Part shown: positions 27,317-32,211 of the stretch, in pieces
Position numbering within the stretch: position 1 is the first letter of the stretch
Layout of the letters: the number at the start of each line of letters is the position of its first letter
Assembly: GCA_046759765.1 (NCBI GenBank)
Contig: JBHICV010000011.1
Coordinates: forward strand, 1 to 32,211
DNA length: 32,211 bases
Source: Acidimicrobiia bacterium
Lineage (GTDB): Bacteria > Actinomycetota > Acidimicrobiia > Spongiisociales > CAZKJJ01
Reading direction: 5' to 3'
Program-made: the position numbers and the translations under genes
Notes under the pieces: generated by a model
Told to the model about the DNA's origin: nothing
The model's database searches: none
Seen by the model: the letters and a program-made list of their open reading frames with translations, nothing else

Positions 27317-28579
27317 ATGAAGACGACCGTCGACCTCGAACTCGGCGATTCGCAGGCGGACATCGTCAGCCACGACACCTATGTGGACGACGCACCGCAC
27401 GCCACGTTCGCCCGGCTACGACGAGAAGAGCCGGTGGCATGGATCACCGAACCCGAGCCCAACCGAGGTTTCTGGGCCGTCACCTCCTACGACGACGTCG
27501 TGCAGGTGTCTCGGGACTACGAGAGTTTCACCGTTACCGGAGGGATTCGCCTGGAGGAGATGACTCCCGAGGAGACCGACGCAAGGCGGACGATGATGGA
27601 GTACGACCCTCCCGAGCACTCGCGTCTTCGACGCTTGGTGCAGCGAGGCTTTACTCCCCGGGTCGTCGCCACCTATGAGAACGCCTTTCGTGAGCTGACT
27701 CGGTACACCCTCGACCAGGTGTTGCCGCGAGGGGAGTTCGACTTCGTCCTTGGCATCTCCCGAGAGCTTCCCATCCGGATTCTGTGTCGACTCCTCGGTG
27801 TGCCCGATGACGACGCCGACCAGATGGTGGCCTGGGGCGATCAGATGATTTCGCACTCGGACCCGGAGTACACGGAGTTCGTCATCGACCAGGTCGACAC
27901 CGACGAGTGGCGGCTGCTGCCTTTCCGGAGCCCAACCGCTCTCGAGATGTTCCTGTACGCGGAGGAGCTCGCGCTCGAGCGTCGAAGCAACCCCCAGGAC
28001 GACATCATCAGCAGGTTGCTCACTGCCGAGCCCGACGGCCAACCTCTCACCGACCTGGAGTTCAAGAACTTCTTCACGTTGCTGGCAGTGGCCGGTAACG
28101 AGACGACCCGGCACACGATCAGCCACGGAATCTTGAACCTGATGAACCATCCGGACCAGATGGAGCAGCTAAGGGACGATCCTTCAGTGGGCGAGACGGC
28201 GACCGAGGAGATCCTCAGGTACGCCACCGTCACGATGCACTTCCGAAGGACCGCCGCCCAGGACACCCAGCTGAACAGGGTCGACATCCGTGAAGGGGAC
28301 AAGGTGGTGGTCTGGTACATCTCGGCCGACTACGACGAGGACCACTTCCGAGATCCGTACGCCTTTGACATCCACCGCTCGCCGAACGACCACCTGGCCT
28401 TCGGGAGCGGCCGCCACCGGTGCCTGGGTGAGTGGCTGGCCCGCCTGGAGATAAGGGTGACCTTCGAGGAGCTGCTGCCGCGGCTGGGCTCTATCGAGCT
28501 GGCCGGACCCGTCGAGCGACTCCGCTCGAACTTCATCCGCGGGATCAAGCACCTACCGGTGCGGGTAACGCTCGCCTAG
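27317..28579 (+). CDS. Cytochrome P450
   Basis: DPPEHSRLR, I-helix AGNETT, EEILR (ExxR), heme motif FGSGRHRCLG. Confidence 0.95.
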   Translation: MKTTVDLELGDSQADIVSHDTYVDDAPHATFARLRREEPVAWITEPEPNRGFWAVTSYDDVVQVSRDYESFTVTGGIRLEEMTPEETDARRTMMEYDPPEHSRLRRLVQRGFTPRVVATYENAFRELTRYTLDQVLPRGEFDFVLGISRELPIRILCRLLGVPDDDADQMVAWGDQMISHSDPEYTEFVIDQVDTDEWRLLPFRSPTALEMFLYAEELALERRSNPQDDIISRLLTAEPDGQPLTDLEFKNFFTLLAVAGNETTRHTISHGILNLMNHPDQMEQLRDDPSVGETATEEILRYATVTMHFRRTAAQDTQLNRVDIREGDKVVVWYISADYDEDHFRDPYAFDIHRSPNDHLAFGSGRHRCLGEWLARLEIRVTFEELLPRLGSIELAGPVERLRSNFIRGIKHLPVRVTLA

Positions 28580-28587
28580 GAAGGTCT

Positions 28588-29172
28588 ATGGCCAACCTCG
28601 AACCCCTGCGCCGGGAGGACCTCCCCGAGCTCGAGGAGGTGTTCCAGCATTACGACGACACGCTCAGCTTCGTACCGAACAGCCTGTACACGATGGCCCG
28701 AAGGCCCGAGATCCTGCGCGCGTTCTCGGACCTGATCACCAAGATCTGGCGCACCGGCACCTTGCCGATCGAGCTCAAGCCGCTGATCGCCATGGTCTCC
28801 AGCCATGCGGCTGGGTGCCGCTACTGCCAGGCGCACGAGGCGGTTGACGCCCGGGAGCGGGGCGTCCAGGAAGAGAGGATCGCAGCGGTGTGGGATTTTG
28901 AGACCAGCCCACTTTTTACTGAGGCGGAGCGGGCGGCGTTGCGCCTTGCCCGAGACGCTTCCCTGGTCCCGAACGCGGCCGCGCCGGATCATTTCGAAGA
29001 GCTGCGCCGCCACTATACGGAGGGGGAGATCGTCGAGATAATGGCAGTCGTGGGCCTCTTCGGGTTCCTGAACCGCTGGAACGACACGATGGCAACCGAC
29101 CTCGAGGAGGAGCCTTTCGGCTGGGCACGGGAAACACTGAGCCGCTGGGAGCCCGGCAAACACGCGCGGTGA
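28588..29172 (+). CDS. AhpD/carboxymuconolactone decarboxylase family protein
   Basis: FVPNS, GCRYCQAH, ERAALR, GFLNRWND; AGGAAGG SD before the ATG 28588. Confidence 0.88.
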   Translation: MANLEPLRREDLPELEEVFQHYDDTLSFVPNSLYTMARRPEILRAFSDLITKIWRTGTLPIELKPLIAMVSSHAAGCRYCQAHEAVDARERGVQEERIAAVWDFETSPLFTEAERAALRLARDASLVPNAAAPDHFEELRRHYTEGEIVEIMAVVGLFGFLNRWNDTMATDLEEEPFGWARETLSRWEPGKHAR

Positions 29173-29227
29173 ATCCCCGCTTCAAATGACGAGCCAAAAC
29201 GCTGCCACCGGTAGTTTGAGGCTCCGC

Positions 29228-30463
29228 ATGTGGGACTCGCCACGACTCGCTGATGTCCTCATCACCCTGGCGTTGGCTACGGACCTCGGCATGGGCAGGC
29301 CTCTCGGCAGTGCGCTGCGCCGTTGCCTCGACGCAATGGGTGCGCCCGGCCGCGACGTCACCTCAGAAGCGGCTGCCGACATCTACTACTCATCTCTCCT
29401 GACGGATCTCGGCTGCACCGCCACAACCACGGAGAGAGCGCGCCGGGCAGGGGCAGACTTACCTCCGGTCACAGGCCGTGGGGCGAGGACATGGCGGCAA
29501 GCCGAAGCCGAGGTGTCCGTCCGGCTGGGGGCACGGTTGGGTATAGGCGAGGAGGTCCTGAGACTCCTGAGGACCCGAACGGGAACTGATGCTGCCCGAT
29601 CGGTTGCTGAAGAGGATGCGCGGTTGGAGCGAGAACCCGAAGACTTCGAGGCGCTCCGCGGCGCGGTCCTGGCTGCCGATCCGTCCCCCGATCGGTTGGT
29701 CAACGACCTCGACGCGGCGCTTGCCGTGATATCGGACTTCGCGGACCTCAAGTCGCCCTTCCTGCTCGGGCACTCACGTCGCGTGGCCGCCCTGGCTGCG
29801 GCCGCGGCGGAGCCGGCAGGGATTCCCGAAGACTCTGACCTGCTCAGGCATGCCGGGCTCGTCCACGACATTGGAAGGGTCGGCGTCTCCTCGTTCATCT
29901 GGAACAAAGCGGAGACGCTTGAAGTAGAGGAGATGGAGCAGGTGCGTCGCCATCCGTTCCACACGGAGCGGCTTCTGGAGCATTCTGAGATTGTCGGGCC
30001 GCTTGCCGGCCTGGCCTCATCTCATCATGAATGCGTAGACGGGTCGGGCTATCACAAGGGCGCCTCCGGGGACGAGCTGACGCAAGCCGCGCGGCTGCTC
30101 GCGGCCGCCGACGACCTATCCGCCTTGACCGAGCTTCGACCTCACCGGCCGGCCATGGACCGCGAACAGGCCGAGCGCGTTCTGAAGCACTTCGTCGATT
30201 CCGGGTGCCTGGACCGCGAAGCCGTCGACGCGGTGCTGTCCGCGGTAGACGCAGGCGCTCTCTCCACCTCGCGCTCAGAACCCGAAGCCGACCTCGTTCG
30301 GATGGCCGCGAGGGGCCTTAGCGCCGCCGAGATCAGAAAGACGCTCGGCTGGAACCGGAGCAAGGTCAAGGCGGAGGTGAAGGCCACTTACGCCCGGTTT
30401 CGTGTGACCAACCGAGCGGCGCTGGCCGCGGTCGCCCTCGAGCAGGGATTCTTTCCCGAGTAG
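29228..30463 (+). CDS. HD-GYP-like phosphohydrolase with C-terminal LuxR-like HTH
   Basis: LATDLGMG, DFADLKSP..GHS, VHDIGRVGV, HHECVDGSGYH, RPHRPA, C-terminal GLSAAEI..L...NRAA; start uncertain (29186 or 29228). Confidence 0.82.
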   Translation: MWDSPRLADVLITLALATDLGMGRPLGSALRRCLDAMGAPGRDVTSEAAADIYYSSLLTDLGCTATTTERARRAGADLPPVTGRGARTWRQAEAEVSVRLGARLGIGEEVLRLLRTRTGTDAARSVAEEDARLEREPEDFEALRGAVLAADPSPDRLVNDLDAALAVISDFADLKSPFLLGHSRRVAALAAAAAEPAGIPEDSDLLRHAGLVHDIGRVGVSSFIWNKAETLEVEEMEQVRRHPFHTERLLEHSEIVGPLAGLASSHHECVDGSGYHKGASGDELTQAARLLAAADDLSALTELRPHRPAMDREQAERVLKHFVDSGCLDREAVDAVLSAVDAGALSTSRSEPEADLVRMAARGLSAAEIRKTLGWNRSKVKAEVKATYARFRVTNRAALAAVALEQGFFPE

Positions 30464-30467
30464 CTGT

Positions 30468-31388
30468 TCAGCCCGCTCCCATGACTTCGGCGGCGAATGG
30501 TTCGATCTGGGCCAGCCGGTCCGGATAGCGAGGCACCATGAACTGCAGGGCCAGGTGCTTCACCCCGGCGTCCCGAAAGCCGGCGACCGCCGAGGCGAGC
30601 TGGTCGGGACTTCCCCGCAGCCGGTCGGGCTCCTGCGGGACGTCCTCCTCCGTCACCTCGATCGGGACGCAGCAGCACAGCTCAATCTCCGATGGATCGC
30701 GTCCATTGGCCTCCGCCAGCTGGACGAGCTCGGTGAACTGCTGTTGCAAGCCTTCGGGAGTGATCCTCACGAAATACGGAAACCACGCGTCGCCGTAGCG
30801 TGCGGTACGTCGCCGCGCGGCCTTGCCCTCGCCCCCCACCCAGATCGGCATCCGACCGGTGGCCTTCGGCTCGAAAGCGACGTTCCCAAAGGTGTAGAAG
30901 CGGCCCTCGAAGGACACGTTGTCATCGTGAAGAGCCCGCCGCAGGATCTCGAGTTGCTCGTCCGATATCGCACCGCGCTCCTCGAACGAGGCGTCGAGCG
31001 CCTCGAACTCTTCGCGCATCCAGCCGACACCCACACCGAGCAGTAGCCTGCCCTCGGAGAGCCGATCTATCGACGTGGCGATCTTGGCCCAGTAGAGCGG
31101 ATGGCGATATGGCATCACCACGACCGAGACGCCGAGCCGGATACTGCCGGTGCAGCCGGCGAGATACGCCAGAACCGTCAGCGGCTCGAGGAAGGGGCGG
31201 TCCGGCGGCACGATGAACTCGTTGTCGACGCTGTATGGGTACGGAGTGTCGATCGTCCAAGGAACCACGATCCGGTCTGCCGCCCACACGGCAGAAAAGC
31301 CCCACTGCTCGACCTGGGTCGTGAAATCACGCAGCGTGTCGGGCAGTGCAGCCCGGCCGCTGACCGGTAGGAAGACGCCGAAATCCAA
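30468..31388 (-). CDS. LLM-class (luciferase-like) oxidoreductase, possibly F420-dependent
   Basis: FGVFLP, EPLTVLAYLAG.T..IRLG, AKIATSIDRLSEGRLLLGVGVGW..EEF, PIWVGG, RRTARYGDAW. Confidence 0.88.
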   Translation of the reverse strand: MDFGVFLPVSGRAALPDTLRDFTTQVEQWGFSAVWAADRIVVPWTIDTPYPYSVDNEFIVPPDRPFLEPLTVLAYLAGCTGSIRLGVSVVVMPYRHPLYWAKIATSIDRLSEGRLLLGVGVGWMREEFEALDASFEERGAISDEQLEILRRALHDDNVSFEGRFYTFGNVAFEPKATGRMPIWVGGEGKAARRRTARYGDAWFPYFVRITPEGLQQQFTELVQLAEANGRDPSEIELCCCVPIEVTEEDVPQEPDRLRGSPDQLASAVAGFRDAGVKHLALQFMVPRYPDRLAQIEPFAAEVMGAG

Positions 31389-31399
31389 GGGCTAGCTCG

Positions 31400-32211
31400 T
31401 CAGGCCGGGCTGACGGCCTCGTCGAAGAGGTCGTAGCGCCCCAGACGCTCGAGGCACACGTCGACGCTCCACGGGAGCATCGTGGCCCCACACCGCGCGT
31501 CCCGGTAGATGCGCTCCAGCGCAAGTGGCTTGAGAAGCGACCGCCCCCCACAGACGCGAATGGCGAGAGCAGCCACTTCCGGGGCGGTCTCCATGGTGGC
31601 CACCACGGCCGCCCAGGATCGTTTCACCAGCTCCGGCTCCGGGTCCCGATGCATCTCGGCCATCACTCGATAGGTGAGCGACTGAGCTTGCTCGTGCTTG
31701 AGCAGCATCTCGGCCCAACCCTGCTGCTTCTGGGGAATCTCGCGTCGTTCGCCTTCGCCTCCCTTGCCAATGAGGTAGTCCCGCGTGAAATCGATCGCTC
31801 CCTGCATGAGACCCAGGAAAGTGAATGAGAGTGTCAGGTACATGAACGGCCATCGCTCTGCGGCCTGGTTGAACCCGCCCGCAGGAAGCCATTCGTTCTC
31901 AGCAGGAACGAACACGTCCTGCATGACCAGGTTCTTCGACACGGTTCCACGCATGCCGAGGGGGTCCCACTCGCCCTCGATGGTGACTCCGTCCGCATCG
32001 GCCGGCACTCCGAGGAAGTGCACTTGGTCATCGTCAGGCACCATCGCCAGAACGTTGTGAAAGTCGGCGGCGTCGGCCAGGGACGCAAAGATCTTGACCC
32101 CACTGACCCGATAGCCGCCGTCGACTGGTGTTGCAGTTGTGCTGTAGCCCTCCAGTGCTCCCGTTTTGACGCCCTCCGAGAACGGCTGCGAGTGGATGTG
32201 GCCGTGATCCA
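31400..32211 (-). CDS. Acyl-CoA dehydrogenase family flavoprotein (5' part outside window)
   Basis: Frame stays open to the window end (HSQPFSEG...GGYRVSGVKIFASL); WDPLGMRGTVS, CGGRSLL, LERIYRDARCG. Confidence 0.88.
   Translation of the reverse strand, partial: DHGHIHSQPFSEGVKTGALEGYSTTATPVDGGYRVSGVKIFASLADAADFHNVLAMVPDDDQVHFLGVPADADGVTIEGEWDPLGMRGTVSKNLVMQDVFVPAENEWLPAGGFNQAAERWPFMYLTLSFTFLGLMQGAIDFTRDYLIGKGGEGERREIPQKQQGWAEMLLKHEQAQSLTYRVMAEMHRDPEPELVKRSWAAVVATMETAPEVAALAIRVCGGRSLLKPLALERIYRDARCGATMLPWSVDVCLERLGRYDLFDEAVSPA

Overview
GC-rich bacterial chromosomal segment, most consistent with Actinomycetota (possibly Acidimicrobiia; inferred from gene content and TANNNT leaderless-type promoters). 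About 30 densely packed CDS; no rRNA, tRNA, CRISPR array or transposase was seen. The left half is mostly housekeeping: a DUF402-like gene, korAB, an amidase, a DUF3048 lipoprotein, an ACT protein, acs, divergent sodX/sodN, a four-gene ABC exporter, metG and a sulfite-oxidase-family enzyme. The middle holds a pterin operon (folE, pteridine reductase-like SDR, folB/folX-like, folK, frameshifted methyltransferase). The right ~12.4 kb is an uncharacterised oxidative catabolic cluster: Rieske ferredoxin and reductase, two glutamine-amidotransferase-fold hydrolases, a MetE-like Zn enzyme, two FAH-family proteins, an MhpA-like monooxygenase, a P450, an AhpD-like protein, an HD/LuxR regulator, an LLM oxidoreductase and an ACAD. 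Most notable observations: (i) a 49-bp nested-palindrome repeat present as two 60-bp-period doublets 14.6 kb apart, each starting 8 nt past a minus-strand stop codon; (ii) a NiSOD whose Ni-hook has Phe in place of the canonical Pro; (iii) the catabolic cluster; (iv) a FolM/FolX-like pterin operon; (v) two apparent single-base frameshifts. All family assignments come from motif recognition, not database searches.
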